64,000 bases of DNA from an uncultured Verrucomicrobiae bacterium (GTDB lineage Bacteria > Verrucomicrobiota > Verrucomicrobiia > Chthoniobacterales > JAFAMB01), in NCBI GenBank assembly GCA_963762565.1, contig CAVXLD010000001.1, positions 608,001 through 672,000 of the forward strand, written 5' to 3'. Shown piece after piece: positions 20,103-30,919 of the stretch (position 1 is the stretch's first letter; the number at the start of each line of letters is the position of its first letter). Made by a program: the position numbers and the translations under genes. The notes under the pieces are model-generated. The model was not told the origin of the DNA and did no database searches. It saw nothing but the letters and a program-made list of their open reading frames with translations.

Positions 20103-22529
20103 TTATTCGCGAAGCGCGATCACCGGGTTAATTCTGATGGCGCGTACGGTGGGAATTAGACAGGCTAAAACAGCGGCTAGCGTAAGCGCGGCGATAACGA
20201 ACGCGATGGTCGCCGGATCATAACTAGTTATCCCGTAGAGCAAGCCCGATAGGGATTGACCCAGAACCAGGGCTGACACGATTCCCAACGTTAAACCGAC
20301 AAAAACGATCTTCATCCCCTGCCAGAACACGATCTGGACAACATCGATGATTTGCGCTCCAACCGCGACCCGGATCCCGATCTCCCGTGTACGCAGGCTG
20401 ACTGAACGCGCTAGTATTGCATACACACCGACCAGCGAAAGAGTCAGAGCAAACATCGAGAATAAGGTCACCACTAGCAGGGTTACCTGACGAGTCTCGA
20501 ACGATTTGGAGATGAGATCATCCAGCGTACCTGAAGCAGACAACGGCACATCCGGGTCCAGCGATGCCACCGCCTTTTGAATCGCGGGCAGCAGCGAAAT
20601 AGCATTACCGGCGTTGCGAACGACTAAGGTGCAGTCATTTTGCTCCTGTCGATAAGGATGCGGTTGCCCCAGTGGAAAATAAGTCTGAAACAAGATGTAT
20701 TGCCGTGCCGGATTCAGCTGATAGACCGTCGGAACCACTCCTACGATGGTGTAATTCGTACGGGTCAGCCCGAGGGTTTCACCAAAATCATGGATCTGTT
20801 TCCCGATGGGGTTTTGTCCGGGGAAATAGGTGTTGGCCAACGTTTGGTTAACAATCACAACTTTATTCCGGCCCAGCTGATCCTGAGCATCAAATGCGCG
20901 CCCTTGTAATAGCGGGATTTGGAGTGCCCGAAAGTAATCGGGCGAAATAACCTCTAAAGTAAATCTCGGTTTATGGCCGCTGTCAGGCTCGGGCTGGCCG
21001 ACAACCGCAAACGGTCCCGCAAAGCCCTCGTTATCTTCCAGTGAGAAAGGTAACACATCGGCGGTACCGACCGCCGTCACCCCGGGTAGTTTAAGGACTT
21101 TTTCAATAATGACAGCGAAGAAGGTTTTCCAGTCCGCTAGGGTTCGGTATTTAGACTCCGGAAGATAGATGTCGGTTATTAATAAATTGTTAGGATTGAA
21201 TCCTAATGGAACCTGGCGCAGCGCTTGAAGACTTCGAGCCAACAAGATACAGCCAAACAGTAAAATCGATGCGATCGCCACTTGACACACAATCAGTACA
21301 AACTGGGTTCTTTGCCGCTGCGGGCTACGCGTGCCGCCGAATGTTCCTTTAGTTCGGAGCGCGGAAGTGAGATCAACCCTGGATTGGGCAAAGGCCGGAA
21401 ACGAGCCGGCCAGGAGCGAGACGAAAACGGTGGTTCCAAGTACCAGCACAAAGGCGAGGTTGTCGAACTCGAGCTCTTCAAACCGGGGAATACCGGACGG
21501 GGCAAGGATCCTTATCAAACTAACGCCCCAGTGCCCCAGAATGAAGCCGGCAGCTCCGCCGGCCAATGAAAGGACCATCGTCTCACCCATTAGTTGCAGA
21601 ACGAGACGGGTTTTGCTGGCTCCGAGAGACGCCCGGATCATCATTTCTTTCTGACGCTCCAGACTTCTCGCGAGATGTAGCCCGGCGACATTGGCGCAGG
21701 CAATCACTAAAAGCAGAGCAACCGACCCTCCAATCAGCCAAAGTGTAGAAGGAAAATCGCCCACCACACTGTCCAGCAAGGGAGCAACCCGGACCGTGAT
21801 GGTCTTATGGTTATCGGGAAACCGGGCAGCCAAGCTCTTGGCGGTGATTTCAAGATCCGCCTGCGCCTGTCGGAGAGTCACCCCCTCGGCCAACCTTCCG
21901 ATGCACCAGCAGCCATGGTTTGCGCGATCGGTTCGAAGCTCGTCCAGCTCCGGCAACAGGTTAAACGGCAGATAAACGCTCGCAATTTCGTCGGACCGTT
22001 GACGGCATACACCGATTATTTCGTAGCTAACTTGGTTAAGCTGCACCTTGGCGCCTACAACTGTGGGATCAGCCCGGAAACGTTCGCGCCAGAAACGTTC
22101 ACCCAGAATGACGACCGTTGCTGTGTCCGCCCGGTCTTCACCGGGCCCGAACGGCCGCCCCGCCAGCAAAGGTCTACCTAGTGTTTGGAAATAATTTGCG
22201 GTAACAAAGCTTCCAGTGAGATGCACTGGATCACCTTGGCCAGTGAGAACCAGATCATTATTGTAACTAACCGCTAAGTTTTGGAACGAATGTTGATTGG
22301 CACAAAAATCCAGGTAGTCCGGATAACACATCCGAAACGTCTGTAAATTCCGTAGCGGCTGAAAGACCTCCACTAGTTGATCCGCCCGCGGATAAGGCAA
22401 CGGCTTTAGTAAGACCGACTCAATCAAACTAAAGATTGCCGTGTTAGCGCCGATCCCGAGGGCGAGGATTGCTATCGCGGTGATGGTGAAGGCGGGGGAC
22501 TTGAGGAGGAGGCGGAGCGTGTGGCGCAT
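20103..22529 (-). CDS. ADOP orphan permease, array copy 5 (distal)
   Basis: MRHTLRLLLKSPAFT...GIGANTAIFS...EIGIRVAVGA...INPVIALRE; intact ORF. Confidence 0.92.
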   Translation of the reverse strand: MRHTLRLLLKSPAFTITAIAILALGIGANTAIFSLIESVLLKPLPYPRADQLVEVFQPLRNLQTFRMCYPDYLDFCANQHSFQNLAVSYNNDLVLTGQGDPVHLTGSFVTANYFQTLGRPLLAGRPFGPGEDRADTATVVILGERFWRERFRADPTVVGAKVQLNQVSYEIIGVCRQRSDEIASVYLPFNLLPELDELRTDRANHGCWCIGRLAEGVTLRQAQADLEITAKSLAARFPDNHKTITVRVAPLLDSVVGDFPSTLWLIGGSVALLLVIACANVAGLHLARSLERQKEMMIRASLGASKTRLVLQLMGETMVLSLAGGAAGFILGHWGVSLIRILAPSGIPRFEELEFDNLAFVLVLGTTVFVSLLAGSFPAFAQSRVDLTSALRTKGTFGGTRSPQRQRTQFVLIVCQVAIASILLFGCILLARSLQALRQVPLGFNPNNLLITDIYLPESKYRTLADWKTFFAVIIEKVLKLPGVTAVGTADVLPFSLEDNEGFAGPFAVVGQPEPDSGHKPRFTLEVISPDYFRALQIPLLQGRAFDAQDQLGRNKVVIVNQTLANTYFPGQNPIGKQIHDFGETLGLTRTNYTIVGVVPTVYQLNPARQYILFQTYFPLGQPHPYRQEQNDCTLVVRNAGNAISLLPAIQKAVASLDPDVPLSASGTLDDLISKSFETRQVTLLVVTLFSMFALTLSLVGVYAILARSVSLRTREIGIRVAVGAQIIDVVQIVFWQGMKIVFVGLTLGIVSALVLGQSLSGLLYGITSYDPATIAFVIAALTLAAVLACLIPTVRAIRINPVIALRE

Positions 22530-22736
22530 GGTGGTGAAAGGTGATTGGTGATCGGTGAGTCGTGATTGGTAGGGCGAGGCTCCCGACTCGAGTCTAGGAC
22601 GTCTTCGCAAGGCGTCATAGTGCTTTTCTTGAAATGATTAGTTGCGCCCAAGACTGCCGAGCCGGTTCCAACGCGTGCAATCTCCTAGCGTTATTTGTCA
22701 GTTGTCATTTGTCATGCGCTTCGCCTTGGCTATTGG

Positions 22737-25161
22737 TCATTCGCGTAGCGCCGTGATCGGGTTGACGCGCGCGGCTCGAAGCGCGGGGATAAGGCATGCC
22801 ACTATGCCGGACAGGCCTAAAACCAGGATCGTTACGCCGAGCGTCATCGGATCAAGTGGACTGACTCCGTAAAGTAGGTTTGCGATGGCACGTGCAAAAC
22901 CTGCTGCACCAACTATACCAATTATCATGCCAAGGCCGATGAGCTTGACGCCGCGGAGAACCACCCAGTTTAAATGTTCATCTGATCAGCGCCCAGCGCC
23001 ATGCGGACACCGATCTCTTTCGTTTGCCGAGCAACATAACCGGCTAGAAGGGCATAAATGCCGACTACCGATAGCGATAAGGCCACAGCGGAAAAGCTGC
23101 CGGCAACCGTTAACTCCATCTTCCGGGTTACGAATTTACCTGCCAGCGTTTGGTCGAATGTCGTTAGCTGACCAATAGGGACATCTGGGTCGACCAAAGC
23201 CATTGCTTTTTTAAGCTGAGGTAGCAGGCGACTGGGATCGGCCTTAGAGCGCAAAAGCAGTTGTTCGGCGTACGCCGGGTCCTGCGTGTACGGGTAGTAT
23301 TCCTGAAATGGGGTATCACTATAGTCAGCCGTGTTCTGTCGCACGTGCGGTACAACTCCGACGATGGTAAAGATTGTGACCCCTCTCCCATCCGCTGTAG
23401 GAGAGCTAATTTGCTTTCCCAACGGGTCCATACCGGGGAAATAGCGATCAACCAGAGCCTGATCGACGATGATCACTTTCTGGCGATCCGACTTATCGTT
23501 CGCGTTGAAGTCCCGTCCTCGTAAGATCGGTATACCCATGGTCTGGAAATAACCCGGCGAAATCCGATAGGTATTGAATTTAGCGGTATGGGCGGGATCT
23601 GGTTCTGTTTGTCCGGTGACCCAGAACGGCGAAGACCAGCCATTACTACTTAAGAACGGAGGTCTGTCGTTCAACGCTGCGTCAGTGATCTCAGGAATTT
23701 GCCGCGTCTCCTCCAGCAGTCTGTCGAAGAAAAGGCGCATCCGACCTAGATCTGCGGTATAGTTGCGGTTGGTTAGTATAATCGGGACTGAGATAAGCCG
23801 GTTTAGATCGAACCCCGTGGGAGTATTCGCAACTGCTTGAAAACTGGAGATGAGCAGCCCTACTCCAAAGAGCAGGACAAATGCTAGCGCAACTTGGGCG
23901 ACCACCAACCAGGAATGCATTTGTTGCTGCGGCTTAGAAGCTCCACCACTATGGCCCTTTGGCAGCGATGCCAGGTTGATGCTAGACAGGTTCCACGCCG
24001 GCAATAATCCCGCCAGCACCGCAACCAAAACCGTGAGGCCAAGTACAAAGAGGAGCGCCGTCACGACCTAGATGAGCCTCTTGAAAACGATACAGATCTT
24101 GCGGACTTAAGCTTTTTATTACGCTCAAGGCCCACGAGCCTAGAACCATTCCGAAGAGCGCGCCGGCCGTTGTGAGAACGGTCGTTTCTATGAGCACCTC
24201 ACTAATAAGCCGGCGACGAGATGCGCCGACCGAAGCTTTGATGACCATCTCGCGTCGCCGCTCAAGTGATCTAGTAAACAGGAGGCAGCCCACGTTTACG
24301 CTCGATATCGCAAGCAGACCGACCGCAGCTGCAGCGAGCAGCCAAATAGTCGAATGATAGTCACTCCGTCATTGCATCCAACAACGGAACAATCCGAAGT
24401 ACGTATCCCTGCTCCGTTACAGGGTATCGACTGGCCACTTGCGAGTAGATACGACCCAAGTCTGCCTCTGCTTGAGCCGCATTGATTCCGTCTTTTAACC
24501 TACCAAAACAATCTATCCAGTGGGAGCTTCGATCCCACAGGTTAAGATTCAAAGTAGTTACTAAATTGTTAATGGGCGCATAGGCATCGATTGGAGGAGG
24601 TCCCCAATCATCGACTTGAGATTGCGAAACGCCGATGATCCGAAAGCTCTGACCGCTAAGCACGATACTTTTGCCAATAACGCCGGGATCCGAGTTAAAA
24701 CGCTTTCGCCAAAATTGTTCGCTCAGCACAATCAATAACGGACCGTTCGGAATATCCTCTTCTTCCGTGAACGATCTCCCAAGAATCAAAGGACGGCCCG
24801 TGACGCGAAATATTCCGGGTGACGCAAAGTCCACGTTGACGCGCGTGGAATAATCCCCTTCGCGCCAATCAAGCCAGTCGCCTCCATCACTAACGCACAA
24901 AGTATCGAAACTCCGTTGATCAGCAGCGAGGTCAATAAAATCAGGATAGTCGAAATTCGTTCGGCCACTGTTGGGAGCCCGCAGCACCACTTTGACCAAT
25001 CGATTCGGGTCGGGATATGGCAAAGGCTTGAGCAGAACTCCATCGATCAGACTGAAAACCGCGGTATTAGCGCCAATACCGAAGGCCAGGATTACGATCG
25101 CGGTGATGGTGAACGCTGGGGACTTAAGTAGGATGCGGAGCGTGTGGCGAAGCCCGAGCAT
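22737..25161 (-). CDS. ADOP orphan permease, array copy 4 (frameshifts near 24365, 24065, 22970)
   Basis: ORFs 24361-25161, 23982-24293, 22970-24064 and 22737-22964 are consecutive parts of one ADOP protein ending VNPITALRE. Confidence 0.85.
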
Positions 25162-25211
25162 GGTGAAAGGTGAGAAGTGAAAGGTGAAAGGTGAAGGAGC
25201 TAGGAGCTACC

Positions 25212-25397
25212 CGTGGAGCGCGCCTCGCTTGCGAGGCCGTGGTAAGCAGGGCTGAAGATTGGTCAGGGGCATCGTCGAGCTGCGCTCTGGGGTATGAAAA
25301 GGCAGACGTTCGTAACATAGAGTGATGAGCGTAATAAGGTGATGCGTTACTAGGTCCTTTGTTCACCACGGCCTCGCAAGCGAGGCAGCGCTCCACG
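25212..25397. mobile_element. REPIN/MITE-like element (~186 bp), copy A
   Basis: Terminal inverted GTGGAGCG(CT)GCCTCGCTTGCGAGGCCGTGGT arms; near-identical to 27906-28089. Confidence 0.8.
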
Positions 25398-25410
25398 TTT
25401 GCGCTATTGG

Positions 25411-27867
25411 TCATTCGCGAAGCGCAGTGATCGGGTTAATGCGCACGGCTCGTAGTGCAGGCAACAGGCAGGCCAAGACTGTGGCTATTCCAAGAACGAA
25501 CACCGCCAGGGAAAGCGCCAGGGGATCACTAGCGGAGACATTATAAAGGGCGCTCTCGAAGAATCGGACCAGGAGCAAAGCGGACATTAGTCCGATCGCT
25601 AACCCGAGTCCCGCTAACTTCAGGCCTCTCAGGATCACGAGCCTTAGGATATTGGACGATTGAGCTCCAAGAGCGATACGAACCCCTAGCTCACGTCTCC
25701 GTTGGCTGACAGAATAGGCGAGTACACCGTACAGACCCACTGCAGAGAGGCAGAGCGCAGCGCCGGAGATAATGCTGACTAAGAAAGCGCTGAATCGCCT
25801 GGTGGCTGACCGTCCAGCAATCAAGTCATCGAATTTTTGGATTCGATCCGCCGGAACATCCGGATCGATGGAAGCCACAATCTTTTGAATAGCGGGAGCC
25901 AGGGTGGCCGGCTCTCGATCGGTACGTAAAAGCAGGAATGCACGATACAGATTGTCACGTTGGCTATACGGGAAATAAGCTTGATAGGGTGCCAAGCTGT
26001 GATCAGGGGCATTGTGTCTGACTTGTCCGACCACACCAACAATCGTCCACGTCTTCTGGTCGTCACGCGTCGCCCAGAGATCTTCTATTTGCTTTCCGAT
26101 CGGATCTCCGCCTGGGAAAAACCGTTGTGCTAGAGCTACATCAACGATGACAACATGTTGGGTGTCTGCCCGATCGTCGGCGTCAAAATCGCGCCCGGCA
26201 ACGATCGGAATCTGCATGGTTTTGAAATAGTCCGGAGAAATATCTTGGGAGCAGAGACGTTGGCTCTTTACCGGGCTCCGTAACTGGCTGACCTGGAATG
26301 TGAAACGGTGCGTTCAAGTCACCGAACGTCCATTCAAAGGGTTGTTCTTGATTCATGGCGGCATCAGTCACTCCCGGAAGTTCCTTCGCCTTCTCGAGAA
26401 CGGCAGCAAACAGACGCCGGATTTGAGGCATATCGTTATATTTCTTACCGGTAGGATTGATGTTCGCGCTAACGAGATGATCCGGCGTTGAATCCAAGGG
26501 GGATTTCCTGGAAAACCTGGAAGCTACGGACTAACAACCCGGCTCCGATCAATAGTACACAAGCGGCCGCTACTTGACCGGTCACCAGGATAGATTGAGT
26601 GCGTTGCCGGTGCAGCCCGGTGGTGCCACCCCGATTACCTTCTTCTCGGAGGACCGTTTCCAAATTGATCTTCGAAAGACTGAGTCCAGGAAGTAATCCC
26701 GGACAACAAGGTGACAAAGGCGGTGATTAAGAAAATGAAAATTAGAGATGCGCTATCTAAATGGACGTCTTGAAATCGGTTCAGGTAATCCGGGCTTAAC
26801 CACTTAATCAATCCAATCGACCAAAACGCAATAATACAGCCGGTGACACCGCCTAACATCGAAAGGAATGCGGTCTCCAATAACAGTTTTCTAACCAGAC
26901 GAAAACGCGAGGCGCCTAAGGTCGAACGAATTGTCATTTCTTTGCGGCGTTCCAATCCGCGAGCAAAAATCAAGTTCGCCACATTGGCGCAAGAAATGAG
27001 CAAGAGGCATCCAACAGCCCCTCCTAGTAACCAGACCGTCGCTGAATAAGTGGCGGCTGTGCTGTCAAAGAGTGAAGCCACCCGAATAATGTAGTTCTTG
27101 TCGGCGTCAGGATACCGGGCATCGAGGTTGCTTTGAATGATGTTCAAGTCGGCGTTGGTCTGTGCCGGAGTTGCAGCCTGCTGCAAGCGTCCGAAACAGA
27201 GCAGACCGTGCGACGCCCGTTTGTTCGTCCATGGACCTCCAAAGTACTCCGATACATGGATTGGCACATACACAGCGTCGTCCGAAGGAGTGCTGACATC
27301 TTCGACCTGTCTTGGGCAAACCCCAACTACCTGGAAGCTTTCCCCGCTTAGAATGATGTTTTGACCGATGACATTTGCATCGGCATTAAAGTGATCCCGC
27401 CAGAGCGCCTCGCTGAGCACAGCGACCATGGGGCCGCCGGTTTTATCTTCGGCCTCAGTAAATGGGCGGCCTAATACGAACGGCAAATTCGTGACCTTGA
27501 ACAGGCTGGGCGACGCATAGATCGCGGTCAGCCGTTGCGGAAGCTGACGAGTCCCCAAATCTAGATAATCCCAGTACTCCACCGCGATGTTACTCAAGGT
27601 CTTCTGATCATCGCGAAGATCCAGATAATCCGGGTAACTTACCCCACCCCAATCCGACCGGTCCAACACAGAGTTGCTTGTTCTCGATTCAAAGATCTGC
27701 ATCAGCCGATCCGCTTGAGGAAACGGTAATGGATTTAGCAACACGGTACTAATCAGGCTGAAAACGGCGGTGTTCGTCCCGATACCGAAGCCGAGGATTA
27801 GTACCGCGGTGATGGTGAAGCCGGGCGACTTTAGCAGGAGGCGGAGGGTGTGGCGCAGGGGGGACAC
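25411..27867 (-). CDS. ADOP orphan permease, array copy 3 (frameshifts near 26700, 26490, 26240)
   Basis: ORFs 26635-27867, 26469-26717, 26183-26497 and 25411-26217 join into one ADOP protein ending INPITALRE. Confidence 0.85.
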
Positions 27868-27905
27868 GGGGTGATTAGTGATTAGTGATTGGTGATCGGT
27901 GATCG

Positions 27906-28089
27906 GTGGAGCGCGCCTCGCTTGCGAGGCCGTGGTAAGCAGGGCTGATGGTAGGTCAGGGGCATCTTGGAGCTGCGCTCTGGGTTATGAAAGGGCAGAC
28001 GTTCCTAACATAGGGCCTTGAGCGTAATAAGGTATGCATTACTAGGTCCTTTGTTCACCACGGCCTCGCAAGCGAGGCAGCGCTCCACG
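27906..28089. mobile_element. REPIN/MITE-like element, copy B
   Basis: Same arms and similar interior as 25212-25397, at the same position relative to the upstream ADOP stop codon. Confidence 0.8.
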
Positions 28090-28102
28090 TTTGCGCTATT
28101 GC

Positions 28103-30562
28103 TCATTCGCGTAGCGCCGTGATTGGGTTAACTCGGGTAGCGCGCAAGGCTGGTACGAGACAGGCGATCGCCGCGGCTACGGCTAGAATCAGGACGGCGG
28201 CCGCCAGCGATATCGGATCACCTCCGGAAACGCCGTATAAAGTGGTCTCCATAAAGCGGACAAGCAGTAACGCCGTTATCATTCCAATCGTCAGGCCGAT
28301 CATCACTAAGTTTAGTCCCTGCCGGACGACCAATCTGAGGATGTTCGACGACTGTGCTCCTAAAGCGATACGCACACCGATCTCTCGCCGGCGCTGAGCA
28401 ACGAAATAGGCGAGCACTGCGTATAGCCCGACCGCGGATAAAAAGAGAGCAACTCCGGAGAAGATAGTAGCCAATAGTGCCGTCAGCCTTCCGAGGGCGA
28501 ACTTTTCCGTTATATGATCGTCGAAGCGCATGACTTGCGTAACCGGCACATCCGGATCAAGCTCAGCCACAATTCGTCGGACCTCGGGAATTAGAGCGAG
28601 CGGATCGCCCGAAGTACGCAACAGCAAGAACTCCGTTCCAAGGACTGTCCTTTCATTATAGGGAAAGTAAGCCTGAAATAGCGGCATAGGGGTTTGAGGC
28701 CCGTTGTGGCGCGAATTCTGTACTACACCGACAATCGTCCAAGTGTCCTTTTTATCCCAAGCTCCTAACCATTGTATTTGTTTCCCGATGGGATTCTGGT
28801 TCGGGAAAAAATGTTCCGCTAAAGCTCTATCTACGATAACGTCCCTCTCGCTATCCGCGCGATCCGCAGAATTAAAGTCCCGACCTTGCAACAGCGGTAT
28901 TTGCATGGTCTCGAAATAGCCGGGCGAGATATTCTGAGCAATGAAGGTTGGTTCGTGACCGGGTTCAGGTGGAGGCACTCCAATCACCCGAAACGGAATA
29001 GTGAAGTCACCAACGGTCCATTCAAAAGGTACTTGATCATTCATCGCGGCCGCGGTGACTCCGGGTAAGTGGCGCGCCTTCTCCAAAACGGCGTCAAATA
29101 ATCGCTGGCAAGGTGCCGTATCGATATATTTCCGGCTGGTCGGGCTTATGTTCGCGCTCAGCAAATGATGCGGGTTATAACCGAGAGGCAGATCCTGGGT
29201 GGCTTTGAAACTGCGGATAAATAGTCCGGAGCCGACCAAAAGCACGCAAGCTAACGCGACCTGGCCCACCACCAGGAATGATTGGATTCGCTGTTGTTGT
29301 GGTCCCGCGGTGCCCGCGGTGCCGGACCGGCCGCCTTCATCTCGAAGAGCTAAACCCAATTTCAAATCGGAAAGGTTAAACGCCGGCGGCAGACCGGCAA
29401 GGAGCGCTACCAGCGTCGTAATCCCTAGTACAAACAACAGCGCGACCGGGTTGAACTCAACCTTTTGGAACGCGTAAAGGTAGACTGGGCTACCCCATTT
29501 GATGAAATCGATCGACCAATGCGCAATCAACACCCCAAGCGCTCCGCCGAGTAAAGAAACCAAGATTATTTCGAGAAGGATTCGAGCGATCAGCCTCAAC
29601 CGCGATGCTCCCAACGTCGCTCTGATCATGGTTTCCTTGCGACGTTCGAGTGCTCGAGCGAAAAATAGGTTCGCCACATTGGCGCTCGAGACGAGCAAGA
29701 GGCACCCTACCCCAGCCGCCAACGACCAAACAAAATTCGAGTAGTCACCCACCATCACGTCCGAAAGTTGAACAATGCGGGTGGTGTTGTTCCTGTCAGT
29801 GTCCGGGTAAAGAAAGTCCAGGTTATTCTGAATCGACGTCAGATCTGCCCCGGCCTGGGCGAGGCTGATACCTTCCTTTAATCGACCCGTACAGGCAGTG
29901 CCCTGCAGGGCACGGTCTTGCAGTGTTCCGCCCCACAACTCGGTAACATGGATCGGGACATACAACAGATCATCAGGCGGGGTACTAACTTCTTCCACTT
30001 GTCTGGGGCAAACTCCAATCACCTGAAAACTTTCCCCACTTAACAGCAAATTCTTCCCGATAATATTAGGATCAGCGTTGAACCGGTGTCTCCATAATTG
30101 TTCACTCAAAACCACGACCAATGGACCGCCGGTTTTATCCTCTTCTTCAGTAAATGGCCGGCCAAGAACAAACGGTAAACCAGTTACCTTAAATAAACTC
30201 GGCGTTGTGCAAACTCCGCTAAGGCGCTCGGGATATCTTTGACCTTGACCACCCAAATCCCAAAAAGTCCAGAATGACGCAGAGAGGCTTTCGAAGGTGT
30301 GCTGGCTTCTGCAAAAATCGAGGTAGTCGGGAAAGTCCACGAATTGGTCCGTGCCATCGGTCGTCGTTCCTTTTGACCGTGACTGATAAATCCTGACTAG
30401 CCGGTCGGTCTTTGGATAAGGAGTTACGTTAAGAATGACGGCTTCAATCAAACTAAAGACCGCAGTGTTTGCGCCGATGCCAAACCCGAGGATTAGGACC
30501 GCGGTGATGGTGAAGCCCGGCGACTTTAGCAGTAGGCGGATTGTCTGGCGGAGATGGCGCAC
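28103..30562 (-). CDS. ADOP orphan permease, array copy 2
   Basis: Intact 819-aa ORF with ADOP N- and C-terminal motifs; GTG start. Confidence 0.92.
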   Translation of the reverse strand: MRHLRQTIRLLLKSPGFTITAVLILGFGIGANTAVFSLIEAVILNVTPYPKTDRLVRIYQSRSKGTTTDGTDQFVDFPDYLDFCRSQHTFESLSASFWTFWDLGGQGQRYPERLSGVCTTPSLFKVTGLPFVLGRPFTEEEDKTGGPLVVVLSEQLWRHRFNADPNIIGKNLLLSGESFQVIGVCPRQVEEVSTPPDDLLYVPIHVTELWGGTLQDRALQGTACTGRLKEGISLAQAGADLTSIQNNLDFLYPDTDRNNTTRIVQLSDVMVGDYSNFVWSLAAGVGCLLLVSSANVANLFFARALERRKETMIRATLGASRLRLIARILLEIILVSLLGGALGVLIAHWSIDFIKWGSPVYLYAFQKVEFNPVALLFVLGITTLVALLAGLPPAFNLSDLKLGLALRDEGGRSGTAGTAGPQQQRIQSFLVVGQVALACVLLVGSGLFIRSFKATQDLPLGYNPHHLLSANISPTSRKYIDTAPCQRLFDAVLEKARHLPGVTAAAMNDQVPFEWTVGDFTIPFRVIGVPPPEPGHEPTFIAQNISPGYFETMQIPLLQGRDFNSADRADSERDVIVDRALAEHFFPNQNPIGKQIQWLGAWDKKDTWTIVGVVQNSRHNGPQTPMPLFQAYFPYNERTVLGTEFLLLRTSGDPLALIPEVRRIVAELDPDVPVTQVMRFDDHITEKFALGRLTALLATIFSGVALFLSAVGLYAVLAYFVAQRRREIGVRIALGAQSSNILRLVVRQGLNLVMIGLTIGMITALLLVRFMETTLYGVSGGDPISLAAAVLILAVAAAIACLVPALRATRVNPITALRE

Positions 30563-30817
30563 GGGGGGAGAGAGGTGAAAAGTGAAAGGTGAGAGGTGAA
30601 AGGTGAGAGGCTAGTAAGCAGTAATCAGTAGGTCAGTAATCAGTGTAGGAGCTAGAATCTAAGAGTTAGGAGTATGTTTTTCTTTGCGATCTTTGCGTTC
30701 TTCCGCCTTCGCCAAGCCTACGGCGCGACAGGTTTTGCAGCTATCTGTCATTTGGGATTTGTTCCGGCGGCTGCCGGATCATGCGCTTCGCCTTGGCTAT
30801 CGGCTATTGGCTATTGG

Positions 30818-30919
30818 TCATTCGCGTAGCGTGTCATTCGCGTAGCGTGATCGCGAGTTTCGCGTAGCGTGTCATGCGCGTAGCGTGTCATGCGCGTAGC
30901 GCCTTATTCGCGTAGCGCG
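30818..30919. repeat. tandem 16-mers duplicating the ADOP 3' end/stop codon
   Basis: tcat(t/g)cgcgtagcgtg, five copies (one degenerate), abutting the gene's own ttattcgcgtagcgcg. Confidence 0.85.

Noticed and set aside
30818..30919. CRISPR or attC array
   Set aside because: 16-nt units without spacers, identical to the ADOP gene end; no GTTRRRY/RYYYAAC boxes and no integrase in the window.
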